A stretch of DNA of 32,000 nucleotides, from contig LYOS01000004.1 in assembly GCA_001766815.1 (NCBI GenBank), forward strand, positions 133,610 to 165,609, given 5' to 3'. Below the pieces are notes generated by a model. That model saw only the letters and a program-made list of their open reading frames with translations, had not been told where the DNA came from and did no database searches. A program made the translations under genes and the position numbers. This DNA comes from Candidatus Syntropharchaeum caldarium (lineage in GTDB: Archaea > Halobacteriota > Syntropharchaeia > Syntropharchaeales > Syntropharchaeaceae). Positions 24,629 to 32,000 of the stretch are shown here, one piece after another (position 1 is the first letter of the stretch; each line of letters opens with the position of its first letter).

Positions 24629-24701
24629 AGCCCGGTAGTGTAGTGGTCAATCATGTGAGGCTCTGGACCTCACGACTGCGGTTCGAATCCGTACCGGGCT
24701 A
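24629..24701 (+). tRNA. tRNA-Gln (anticodon CTG)
   Basis: Acceptor AGCCCGG/CCGGGCT, D arm GTG..CAT, anticodon stem TGAGG/CCTCA with loop CTCTGGA, T arm TGCGG-TTCGAAT-CCGTA, discriminator A. 73 nt, no intron, no encoded CCA. Confidence 0.9.
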
Positions 24702-24734
24702 TAGGGATACAATCATAGTGATGAGGAGATGTTG

Positions 24735-25127
24735 ATGGTAAATTTCAGGGTTGTGGTTTCAGATCCAAAGGATGGGAAGGCATATCAGCTTGAGCTTGAT
24801 GAAACAGGCTCAAAAATGTTCCTTGGACGTGCAATAGGTGATACAATCGATGGAGCGGTAATAGGACTTGATGGGTACAATCTGCTTATCACAGGTGGAA
24901 CTGATGTTAATGGATTCCCGATGAGACCCGATATTCCCGGTTCGTTTAAGAAAAAGGTCCTTCTTACAAGGGGTGTTGGATACAGAGAAAAAGAACGTGG
25001 AAAGCGATATCGAAAGATGGTCTGTGGAAACACTATTTCTGAGTCGATAAGTCAGATCAATACAAAGGTTACATCATACGGATCAAAACCACTGGCTGAG
25101 TATTTTGGTGAGCAGGAAAAAGAATAA
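24735..25127 (+). CDS. rps6e: 30S ribosomal protein S6e (eS6)
   Basis: FRVVVSDPKDGKAYQLELDE...ITGGTDVNGFPMRPDIPG...VLLTRGVGYR. Start placed at ATG 24735, 7 nt after GAGGAG. ATG 24729 is also possible. Confidence 0.9.
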   Translation: MVNFRVVVSDPKDGKAYQLELDETGSKMFLGRAIGDTIDGAVIGLDGYNLLITGGTDVNGFPMRPDIPGSFKKKVLLTRGVGYREKERGKRYRKMVCGNTISESISQINTKVTSYGSKPLAEYFGEQEKE

Positions 25128-25197
25128 AAGATAACTACAAGCTGTTTCGTAGCTTAAGATAGCTTTAAATTTTATCATCACCGAGAATATTCTGGTG

Positions 25198-27333
25198 ATG
25201 TCTGTGAAATTTAAGATCCTTGCTGTTATTCTTCTCGTGGTTGCGATATTGACCTCTGGCTGTCTATCAGAGTATGAACGGAACGATGGTATTGATGATG
25301 TACTGAGCGGTACAGAACCTGAAACCGGTCTGGATTTAAAGAAGTTCAACAACAGTGGTGAGGTTATCGATTTTCTTGAAGCAGCAGGAGAGTATAGAAA
25401 TATCTATTCATACGGGTATGGTGGCAGAGGTTCTGCTGATATGACGAAGGTTATGGAAGAGATCGCTCCTGTGCCTGTTCCTGCAGAAGCCAGTGTTGCC
25501 GAAGACTACTCCACAACAAATATCCAGGTGGCTGGTGTGGATGAGGCCGATTTTGTGAAGAACGATGACCGCTACATCTATCTGATATGCGGTGATAAAC
25601 TCGTGATCATCGATGCATACCCTGCAGAAGATGCCAGAATCGTCTCTGAAACCGAGATTGACGGCACGGCGCGGGATATGTATCTTAATGGAGATCGGCT
25701 TGTGGTGTTTACACAGGATTATGAAGAGGTCTATACGATCGCAGAATATGATTATATCCCAAGACCCAGGAGTATCGAGAACACACATCTCCATATCTAT
25801 GATATCTCAGATAGAAGCGATCCAGTAGAGGTGAAGGATTATGCTGTGAGCGGTAGCTACTATCAATCGCGGATGATCGGTGATTACGTATATCTCATAA
25901 CAACCAAATATCCATACTACTATGGCGGTGTGATAGACTTACCTGTAGTGAGAGAGTCCTCAAGAACCGTTCTTAAGCCTGATATCTACTACTTCGATAA
26001 CCCGGAGGATAGCTATAACTTCAATACAATAGCATCGATTGATATTATGTCAGATGAGGATGACGTTAATGCGAAGACCTTCCTGATGGGTTACTCAAAC
26101 AACCTCTACGTCTCTAAAAACAACATCTACATCACCTACCAGAAGAACCCGCCATACAGATATTACGATGCACTTCAGGAAGAGCGGTTCTATGATGTTG
26201 TGGTACCGCTTCTACCCCCTGATGTCAGATCTGAAATCGAGAAGATTCAGGAGGATGATGCACTCAACTCCTATGAGAAGTGGGATGAGATCAGTGGTAT
26301 CCTCGAAGATATGTACAACTCAATGGATGAAGGCGATAAGGATGATCTTCTCAAAAAAATCGAGGATGCAGTTGCAGCATGGGATGCAGAACTTGAGGCC
26401 GCGATGAGAAAGACCGTGATCCAGAAGTTTGCGATCAAAGACGGCAGGATCGAATATAAAGCAAGAGGTGAGGTTGAAGGCTATCCCCTAAATCAGTTCT
26501 CGATGGATGAGTACAATGGTTACTTCAGGATTGCTACAACAACAAGCTTCTGGATGAGGAACAGGGGTTCTGTGGAGTACAACAATCTCTTTGTGCTTGA
26601 TGAAGATCTGGAGGTTGTGGGTAGTCTTGAAAAGCTTGCAGAGAATGAACGAATCTATTCAACCCGTTTTATGGGTGACAGGCTCTACATGGTAACATTC
26701 AAGCGGATAGATCCGTTGTTCGTGATAGATCTCTCAAATCCCACCGATCCAGCAGTTCTGGGAAAGCTTAAGATTCCTGGATTCTCTGATTATCTCCATC
26801 CCTATGATGAGGATCACATAATCGGGATAGGAAAAGAGACCGATTCAAACGAGTGGGGTGGAGTCTCAGTCAAAGGTGTTAAGCTTGCGTTATTCGATGT
26901 AAGTGATGTTACAGATCCCAAACAGCTCGATAAATACGAGATAGGAACTTCGGGGACCGATTCAGAAGCACTGAGAGATCACAAGGCTTTCCTCTTTGAT
27001 AAGAAGAAGAACTTGCTTGTGATACCGATTCGAGAGGTTGAAGATGGGTATAGTCGTCAAAGAGTGTGGCAGGGCGCCTATGTCTTTTCCCTGAGTGTGG
27101 ATGAGGGATTTGACCTAAAAGGGAGAATCAGCCACTTTGAGGGAGATGAGGATGAGTACGGATACTGGGGCTCACCATCAGCGGTTCGAAGATCGCTCTA
27201 CATGGACGATGTGCTCTACACAATCTCGGCAAAGCTTCTCAAGATGAATGATATTGAGACGCTGGAAGAGATCAACGAGGTGAAGTTGCCATACGAAGAA
27301 AATACTTATTATCCCCATCCCTACTGGCGGTAA
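25198..27333 (+). CDS. secreted lipoprotein of the beta-propeller-domain family (archaeal/bacterial secreted C-terminal propeller proteins)
   Basis: Signal peptide with lipobox KILAVILLVVAILTSGC. The block YSTTNIQVAGVDEADFVKNDDRYIYLI and the C-terminal PGFSDYLHPYDEDHIIGIGK...GVKLALFDVSD match my recollection of that family. ~710 aa. A TATA-like TTTAAATTTTATC at 25164-25176 predicts a leaderless mRNA. Confidence 0.7.
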   Translation: MSVKFKILAVILLVVAILTSGCLSEYERNDGIDDVLSGTEPETGLDLKKFNNSGEVIDFLEAAGEYRNIYSYGYGGRGSADMTKVMEEIAPVPVPAEASVAEDYSTTNIQVAGVDEADFVKNDDRYIYLICGDKLVIIDAYPAEDARIVSETEIDGTARDMYLNGDRLVVFTQDYEEVYTIAEYDYIPRPRSIENTHLHIYDISDRSDPVEVKDYAVSGSYYQSRMIGDYVYLITTKYPYYYGGVIDLPVVRESSRTVLKPDIYYFDNPEDSYNFNTIASIDIMSDEDDVNAKTFLMGYSNNLYVSKNNIYITYQKNPPYRYYDALQEERFYDVVVPLLPPDVRSEIEKIQEDDALNSYEKWDEISGILEDMYNSMDEGDKDDLLKKIEDAVAAWDAELEAAMRKTVIQKFAIKDGRIEYKARGEVEGYPLNQFSMDEYNGYFRIATTTSFWMRNRGSVEYNNLFVLDEDLEVVGSLEKLAENERIYSTRFMGDRLYMVTFKRIDPLFVIDLSNPTDPAVLGKLKIPGFSDYLHPYDEDHIIGIGKETDSNEWGGVSVKGVKLALFDVSDVTDPKQLDKYEIGTSGTDSEALRDHKAFLFDKKKNLLVIPIREVEDGYSRQRVWQGAYVFSLSVDEGFDLKGRISHFEGDEDEYGYWGSPSAVRRSLYMDDVLYTISAKLLKMNDIETLEEINEVKLPYEENTYYPHPYWR

Positions 27334-27427
27334 GAAAATTTTATTATACACCTTTGGATAAATTTTAACCAGCGAGATGTGAGGGGTTAAGATTTATCAC
27401 AGATACCTGGGAGCATGCTTAGCATTT

Positions 27428-29245
27428 TTGATCCTCTTCCAGATAACGCTCTCTCCCGCGCTTGCAGCCCATGATACCGATGGCGACGGTATACCAGATT
27501 CATGGGAGCTTACCTATGGGTTTGATCCTGATAATCCGCTTGATGCAGGTATTGATATCAATGGTGACGGGCTCTCAAACCTCGAAGAGTACAAAAACGG
27601 CTACGACCCATTATCAAGCGATACCGATTCTGATGGAATCATAAATACGGCAGAGGTTGAAGGGTTCTTCGGGTTCTTCACAGATCCGATCAGGGAGGAT
27701 ACAGATGATGATGGGTTGAGTGATCTCATCGAGATAGCATATTACATCGATTTTACAGATGAGCGAGACATAGAAAGGCTTACGAGTGATAATATAACCT
27801 ACCTAAAGATGCTTCGTACAAATTATTCATACCCCCTCGATCCACTAAATAACGATACCGATAGCGATGGTCTGGATGACGGCGATGAGATCGAGGAGGG
27901 TACATTCCCTGTCCGGTTTGATACCGATGGAGATGGTTTAAGTGACGGGGATGAGGTCAATAGATACGCAACAGATCCTCTGAAACGTGATACCGATGGA
28001 GACTGGCTCTCTGATTTTGAGGAACTTCAGGAAGGTGAGGATGGCTATGTGACAGATCCGCTCGATAGCGATACTGACGATGATGGCATGATCGATGGCG
28101 AGGAGTCGATGCCGCTCGGGTCGGTCCCCATCCCGCCAAGCAATCACTCGTTGAGCTTTAAGGAGTTTGTATCAGGAGATCTCTATGCAGGTGAGTACGT
28201 AACAACGCTGGGTCGGGTTGTAAAGCCACCCACGATAGATTCAGACGCAGACGATCTTGACCAGTACACACTTGAACTCGACGATCCACTGGAGAAAACC
28301 ACGGGTGTTCACATCGAACTTACCATAGGTAATGCATCATTCCATTACACCTATGATAATATGGGCAAGATGCAGATCTTTGATGATGATTTTGGTTTTG
28401 CGCCCATGATCGGGGACAAACTCCTCATTGTTGCTCGTGCGGGTAGCACAACCTATCCAAAACGACCGCTCACGATAAGAACATCCGCCAATGATACTGA
28501 TGGATTTATTTACCTCATAACAACCGCCAATGATCTCGTTGGACGAAATGTCTCATCTACAGATTATATCAAGATAAGACATGATCTGTTGAGTACATCT
28601 TCACCCATCTTACCTTCAGAAGGCGCATCTTCAGATGAAACAGGCGGAACAGATGAAACAAACAGTGAATCAGCAGCATCTAACACTTTGGATCCTTCGA
28701 GGATAGTTCTTGAAGCAGATTTGCCCGTTACGAAAGAAGATGGAAATATGAGTGCCAGAGTCACTGCATACCTCGTGGATATCGCTGGAGTGCCGATCGA
28801 TCCTGCACCCGATGTAACATTTGAGATAACTGCGGGTGATGCCATGATCAACGAGTCAAGTAAAACCACAAGTGGTGCGTTCACATCAGTAAACGTCACA
28901 GCATCAGAGGCAGGCATCGTTAAAGTCGCAGCCAGCTCTTCAGGTATTGTATCAGATGAAGTCACGATCACATTTGAGAAGGGTGGGTTGACCTGGCTGA
29001 TCCCATACCTTCTCGCAGTGATTGTAATAGGTGGAGCTGCTTTTCTCATCATCAAGAAACGAAAGAATGCTGGAAAAAAGGTATGGGTGGCTGGCAAGGT
29101 TAAGAAGGGTAAAAACGGCGTATACATAGTTAAAATAAAGAAAGGAGAAGAATCGAAGTCTGTTAAGCTTGAAAAATCTGAGTATGCAGAATTAAAGAAG
29201 AATAAGCAGCTAAAGAAGGATGAATATCTCATTGTTATGAACTGA
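27428..29245 (+). CDS. surface protein: thrombospondin-type-3 Ca-binding repeats, central unknown domain, Ser/Thr-rich linker, Ig-like (Big-type) domain, TM anchor and Lys-rich tail
   Basis: Seven DxDxDG-type motifs (DTDGDGIPD, DTDSDGI, DTDDDGLSD, DTDSDGLDDGDE, DTDGDGLSDGDE, DTDGDWLSD, DTDDDGMIDGEE). Ig-like segment ARVTAYLVD...VTFEITAGDA...VTASEAGIVKVAASS. TM segment LIPYLLAVIVIGGAAFLII followed by KKRKNAGKK. The only canonical start is TTG 27428, and the signal-peptide-like sequence continues upstream of it. Confidence 0.75.
   Translation: MILFQITLSPALAAHDTDGDGIPDSWELTYGFDPDNPLDAGIDINGDGLSNLEEYKNGYDPLSSDTDSDGIINTAEVEGFFGFFTDPIREDTDDDGLSDLIEIAYYIDFTDERDIERLTSDNITYLKMLRTNYSYPLDPLNNDTDSDGLDDGDEIEEGTFPVRFDTDGDGLSDGDEVNRYATDPLKRDTDGDWLSDFEELQEGEDGYVTDPLDSDTDDDGMIDGEESMPLGSVPIPPSNHSLSFKEFVSGDLYAGEYVTTLGRVVKPPTIDSDADDLDQYTLELDDPLEKTTGVHIELTIGNASFHYTYDNMGKMQIFDDDFGFAPMIGDKLLIVARAGSTTYPKRPLTIRTSANDTDGFIYLITTANDLVGRNVSSTDYIKIRHDLLSTSSPILPSEGASSDETGGTDETNSESAASNTLDPSRIVLEADLPVTKEDGNMSARVTAYLVDIAGVPIDPAPDVTFEITAGDAMINESSKTTSGAFTSVNVTASEAGIVKVAASSSGIVSDEVTITFEKGGLTWLIPYLLAVIVIGGAAFLIIKKRKNAGKKVWVAGKVKKGKNGVYIVKIKKGEESKSVKLEKSEYAELKKNKQLKKDEYLIVMN
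27473..28105 (+). repeat. in-frame coding repeats (GAT-ACC/ACT-GAT-(GGN/AGC/GAT)-GAT-GG...) encoding TSP3-like calcium-binding loops
   Basis: Recurrent gataccgat/gatactgac cores are seen near 27473, 27620, 27702, 27854, 27920, 27990 and 28070. The spacing is irregular (60-150 nt), and all copies are in the reading frame of the surface-protein gene. Confidence 0.7.
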
Positions 29246-29308
29246 TGCAAAAGTATTTATCGAAGAACTATCATAGTTTATAATAACAAATATGGGAGGT
29301 GATAATAT

Positions 29309-29746
29309 ATGCTTGAGTTATATGGTTCGGGTCTGCTATTGAAGACCATAATGGACGAAATCGCGGATGAGCACGGACCCAAGGAAGCGAATAAGATCGC
29401 GTACAAGGCTGGGGAGGAGATTGGTGCAAAGCTCACAGATAAGCTTCTACCAGTGCCCGATCCAGAGGAGGCGCTAAGGGTGCTTGCAGAGTATGTGAGG
29501 CCTTATATCTACATCCAGATAAAGCGGAAGAAGGAGAGCAATGGTTCCACCGAGTTTGAGGTTTCGTACCCAAGATGTATGATACGGAAAATCACAAGAG
29601 GTGCTGTACCATCCTCGCTATGTCGTGCAAAGGCAGGCTGGATCGAATCCGCCCTCATGGGGATGACAGGCCTTAAGGTCAAGATGGAGACAACACGAAT
29701 TCAGCCAGAGAAGAACATCTGTTATGGAACGATCACATTTGGGTGA
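29309..29746 (+). CDS. V4R-domain-like small protein (predicted small-molecule/hydrocarbon-binding fold)
   Basis: 145 aa. The C-terminal pattern LCRAKAGWIESALMGMTGLKVKMETTRIQPEKNICYGTITF resembles the V4R signature (C....G...G.L....G......E..C...G...C.F). Strong SD GGAGGTGA upstream. The family call was made from memory. Confidence 0.45.
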   Translation: MLELYGSGLLLKTIMDEIADEHGPKEANKIAYKAGEEIGAKLTDKLLPVPDPEEALRVLAEYVRPYIYIQIKRKKESNGSTEFEVSYPRCMIRKITRGAVPSSLCRAKAGWIESALMGMTGLKVKMETTRIQPEKNICYGTITFG

Positions 29747-29782
29747 ATTATCCGAGTGAACTTCCCTGATAATGATTACCAC

Positions 29783-29832
29783 GAGATCACAGGATTTAAA
29801 TTCTCTTTGATCCTGTGGTATCTCATATTTTT
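29783..29832 (+). terminator. hairpin plus oligo-T, candidate terminator in a convergent gap
   Basis: GAGATCACAGGAT (29783-29795) pairs with ATCCTGTGGTATCTC (29810-29824), leaving a 2-nt bulge and a 14-nt loop. A T5 run follows at 29828-29832. Confidence 0.4.
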
Positions 29833-29888
29833 GTTAAGACTTCGACTCAAGCTGTAGCTTATCATCCCGTTTGTGATGATAGGACTTG

Positions 29889-30977
29889 TTATTGCAGTAA
29901 TTGTGAAGCTGATAAGAAAAAGTTGATCTTTTCCACAACCCCTCTTCTCGAATTAGACGATCCCGAAACACTCACAACAGGCTTGCCCTTCTCGATCCTC
30001 CTGCCAGTCTCTGGCACATCAGAAAAACCCCATCTTCTCAGATCCTCTCTGATCACAAGATCCTCTCCTGCATAGAAGATTGCTCTCATGCCATACCTTC
30101 TCGGCTTTTTGATCTCAAAGTCTTCACCCCTGCATGCCTTTACATGTGCGTGAAAGATGTTATCGCCTGTTGCAATCTCAAGCGCCTCAATCGTCCCCTG
30201 AAATCTTGGATTAACCTCAATCACGAGAATATCATCTCCACTTATCACAAAATCAATGCCGTTTGACCCAATAAGCCCGAGTTCTACAACGATCTCCTCT
30301 GCAATCTTACAGATCTGATCTTCAAGCGCTGTCTCGAGCGGGATAATATTTCCGCAATATGCAAATCTTGATGGTGCATTGAGCCATTCTATCCCGATCA
30401 ACTGCTCGTTAACACAGTAGCTTGATACCTCGCCATCAGGGTTTGAGATGACCGATACACTTGCTGGAATCCCGTTGATATACTGCTGTATCAGATATTC
30501 AGATGAGTCGATATCCAGTGCCTCAAGCTCTGATCTCTCACGGATAAAGATATTTTTTAGCCCCCCTCCTCCTCTGCGGGGTTTTAAGACTGCTGGAAAC
30601 CTGATAGTATCTCTGTCATAGATCTCAGGATGTAAAAAACCCATTTCAATGACTTTTTTACCAAAATACTTTTTATCAGATACTTTCTGCATGAGTGCAG
30701 GGCTATTTCCAATCACACGTCTGCTGAGCCTCTCATCGAGCCTGATTCCTTCACACCCTGACCCAATTATAATCCCATCGATCTCACGGTCGAGTCTGTC
30801 AAGAAACGCTCCAACACCAAAGTCTTTTGCATCCTCATCAAGCAATGCGCTCGCTTCTACAATCTCCAGAAGATCGAGATCAAGGAAGTGATCCAGACAA
30901 AAAACCCTGAACCCAGCATTCACCGCCGATTGTGCGATCTGCCTCGTGGTATATCCTACAATGAGGACTTCTTCCAT
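29889..30977 (-). CDS. ATP-grasp family ligase (archaeal carboligase type; possible coenzyme-biosynthesis ligase)
   Basis: 362 aa with ATP-grasp features: AVLKPRRGGGGLKNIF (Gly-rich loop), YLIQQYINGIPASV and DDILVIEVNPRFQGT. Overlaps the pyrF stop by 22 nt. The specific substrate cannot be inferred by eye. Confidence 0.65.
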   Translation of the reverse strand: MEEVLIVGYTTRQIAQSAVNAGFRVFCLDHFLDLDLLEIVEASALLDEDAKDFGVGAFLDRLDREIDGIIIGSGCEGIRLDERLSRRVIGNSPALMQKVSDKKYFGKKVIEMGFLHPEIYDRDTIRFPAVLKPRRGGGGLKNIFIRERSELEALDIDSSEYLIQQYINGIPASVSVISNPDGEVSSYCVNEQLIGIEWLNAPSRFAYCGNIIPLETALEDQICKIAEEIVVELGLIGSNGIDFVISGDDILVIEVNPRFQGTIEALEIATGDNIFHAHVKACRGEDFEIKKPRRYGMRAIFYAGEDLVIREDLRRWGFSDVPETGRRIEKGKPVVSVSGSSNSRRGVVEKINFFLSASQLLQ

Positions 30978-31639
30978 CGCTCAATCATCTCATCATAGAT
31001 TTCAGTGGCTCTGTGTGCCGGGTCATCTGCTTCTGTGATCGCTCGCCCGACGACCTCATAGTCAGCACCCGCAAGAATTGCATCTCCGATTACGCCACCC
31101 TGTGCCCCAATACCTGGCGAGATCACATAGACATCGCTGGGCAGGATCTCTTTTAACTTTTTGATTCGATCTGGTTTTGTTGCAGGAAGCACCACTCCAT
31201 CCACGCCTATGTAGTTAAGATCCTTCGCAATCCGCTCTGCGGCATAATCCAGATAATCTGATGAGCCGGGGTGTGTCATCTCAACAACGACGATCAGATC
31301 GCCCATCTCAAGCTTTCTGATTGCGCTAATTACATCTCTGCCCACAAATCCCTGCACAATTACACAATCAGCACCTGAACGATATGCGATCGCTGCAATC
31401 CTTTCACTGATATGGGGTATGTCTGCGATCTTACCATCATAGATCAGGGGTAGACTTGTCGCAAGTTTTATCCGTTCGATCGCATGCCATCCAAGCTGCA
31501 TCTCACATGTCCTCCCGATCTTGATCGCAAAGTTACCTTTTGCATACTCAAGTTCTTCTGCAAGTTCAATTGCGACCGGCATATCTTCCATATCAAATGC
31601 GACAATAATACCGGGTTCATCACGTTTCAGGATTGACAT
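30956..31639 (-). CDS. pyrF: orotidine 5'-phosphate decarboxylase
   Basis: IVAFDM, YDGKIADIPHISERIAAIAYRSGADCVIVQGFVG, VVVEMTHPGS and ISPGIGAQGG align motif-for-motif with my recollection of archaeal ODCase (DxKxxD catalytic array). Confidence 0.85.
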   Translation of the reverse strand: MSILKRDEPGIIVAFDMEDMPVAIELAEELEYAKGNFAIKIGRTCEMQLGWHAIERIKLATSLPLIYDGKIADIPHISERIAAIAYRSGADCVIVQGFVGRDVISAIRKLEMGDLIVVVEMTHPGSSDYLDYAAERIAKDLNYIGVDGVVLPATKPDRIKKLKEILPSDVYVISPGIGAQGGVIGDAILAGADYEVVGRAITEADDPAHRATEIYDEMIERWKKSSL

Positions 31640-32000
31640 TATACACCACCAGATTTAATCCCAGCCTTCGCAAGAATTCCTCTCCCTGCAAGTACGCCTG
31701 TTGCCGATGCGTTGACGATATCCCGCGATAATCCTGAGCCATCACCTGCTGCAAACAGTCCTTCAATATTAGTCTCCATCTCTGGAGTGAGATCGAATTC
31801 CATTGCATAGAACTTGACCTCAGGCGCATAGAGAAGCGTGGAATCGGAAGCAACGCCAGGGATTATCTCGTTCAGCTTCTCAAGCCCTTCGATGATGTCC
31901 ATCGTGATCCTGTGTGGGAGTGCCATCGATATATCGCCTGGTGTCACGTCGTCGAGCGTATTCTGAACATTGTTTCCTCTTATTGACTTCCATGTGGAAC
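31639..32000 (-). CDS. FAD-dependent dehydrogenase-like protein, C-terminal part (5' end beyond window)
   Basis: The frame stays open from 31947 to the window edge (..STWKSIRGNNVQNTLDDVTPGDIS..). The C-terminal GLFAAGDGSGLSRDIVNASATGVLAG is the terminal FAD-binding motif of GR2-type flavoproteins. TAATG junction with pyrF. Confidence 0.6.
   Translation of the reverse strand, partial: STWKSIRGNNVQNTLDDVTPGDISMALPHRITMDIIEGLEKLNEIIPGVASDSTLLYAPEVKFYAMEFDLTPEMETNIEGLFAAGDGSGLSRDIVNASATGVLAGRGILAKAGIKSGGV

Noticed and set aside
25128-25163. Short inverted repeat CTAC...GTAG after rps6e as a terminator
   Set aside because: It forms only 4 bp, with a 10-nt loop and no following oligo-T tract. That is too weak to call.
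27473-28105. Repeated GATACCGAT-type DNA motifs that could suggest a repeat array or CRISPR
   Set aside because: The repeats are short (9-15 nt), irregularly spaced and in-frame. They encode the DxDxDG calcium loops of one long ORF. There are no spacer-like unique units and no cas genes.
28564-29250. 228-aa minus-strand ORF opposite the 3' third of the TSP3 surface-protein gene
   Set aside because: It mirrors the Ser/Thr-rich and Lys-rich coding repeats of the plus-strand gene (Phe/Ser-rich antisense translation). It has no independent signals.
29815-30075. 86-aa plus-strand ORF in and beyond the convergent gap
   Set aside because: It starts inside the hairpin/oligo-T terminator region and then runs antisense into the 3' end of the ATP-grasp gene. 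It has no SD or promoter.

Overview
This window is an archaeal chromosomal segment, most consistent with a Methanosarcinales or ANME-like euryarchaeon. The evidence is methanogenesis-marker proteins, archaeal ribosomal proteins eL43 and eS6, aIF2-beta, the Ahb heme pathway, BRE/TATA-type promoters, and an intron-containing tRNA-Trp with a bulge-helix-bulge splice motif. Coding density is high. Contents from left to right: (1) A cell-surface glycosylation cluster at 1-6661. It has five GT4-type and one GT2 glycosyltransferase genes plus a nucleotide-sugar dehydrogenase. The left ~3.9 kb is visibly AT-richer and ends at a C-terminally truncated GT4 gene. (2) Methanogenesis markers 5 and 15, packed head-to-tail with the glycosyltransferases. 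(3) hisA. (4) A tightly overlapping plus-strand operon: rpl37ae, ahbA, ahbB, hemA, a pentaheme c-type cytochrome and a small lipoprotein. (5) A complete RsbR-RsbS-RsbT-RsbX stressosome-type operon with no sigma-factor partner-switching output in the window. (6) thiDN, dapF and an aIF2-beta-TRAM fusion. (7) tRNA-Trp(CCA) with a 94-nt intron that carries a full box C/D guide RNA aimed at its own C34 and C39. (8) An NreA-like repair protein with a C-terminal PIP box. (9) Two adjacent KaiC/RecA-like ATPase genes: the first has a degenerate P-loop, and the second has its conserved N-terminus stranded upstream of any start codon, next to a G6 run. (10) An ADP-dependent-kinase-like gene coupled to an Hps-RraA fusion. 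(11) ribH, a 43-aa zinc-ribbon ORF missing from the ORF track, tRNA-Gln(CUG) and rps6e. (12) Two large surface proteins, a beta-propeller lipoprotein and a thrombospondin-type-3-repeat/Ig-like membrane protein. (13) A V4R-like protein. (14) An operon of a partial FAD protein, pyrF and an ATP-grasp ligase. No CRISPR array, transposase or integrase was seen. All calls rest on reading the translations and the DNA by eye; no database search was run.
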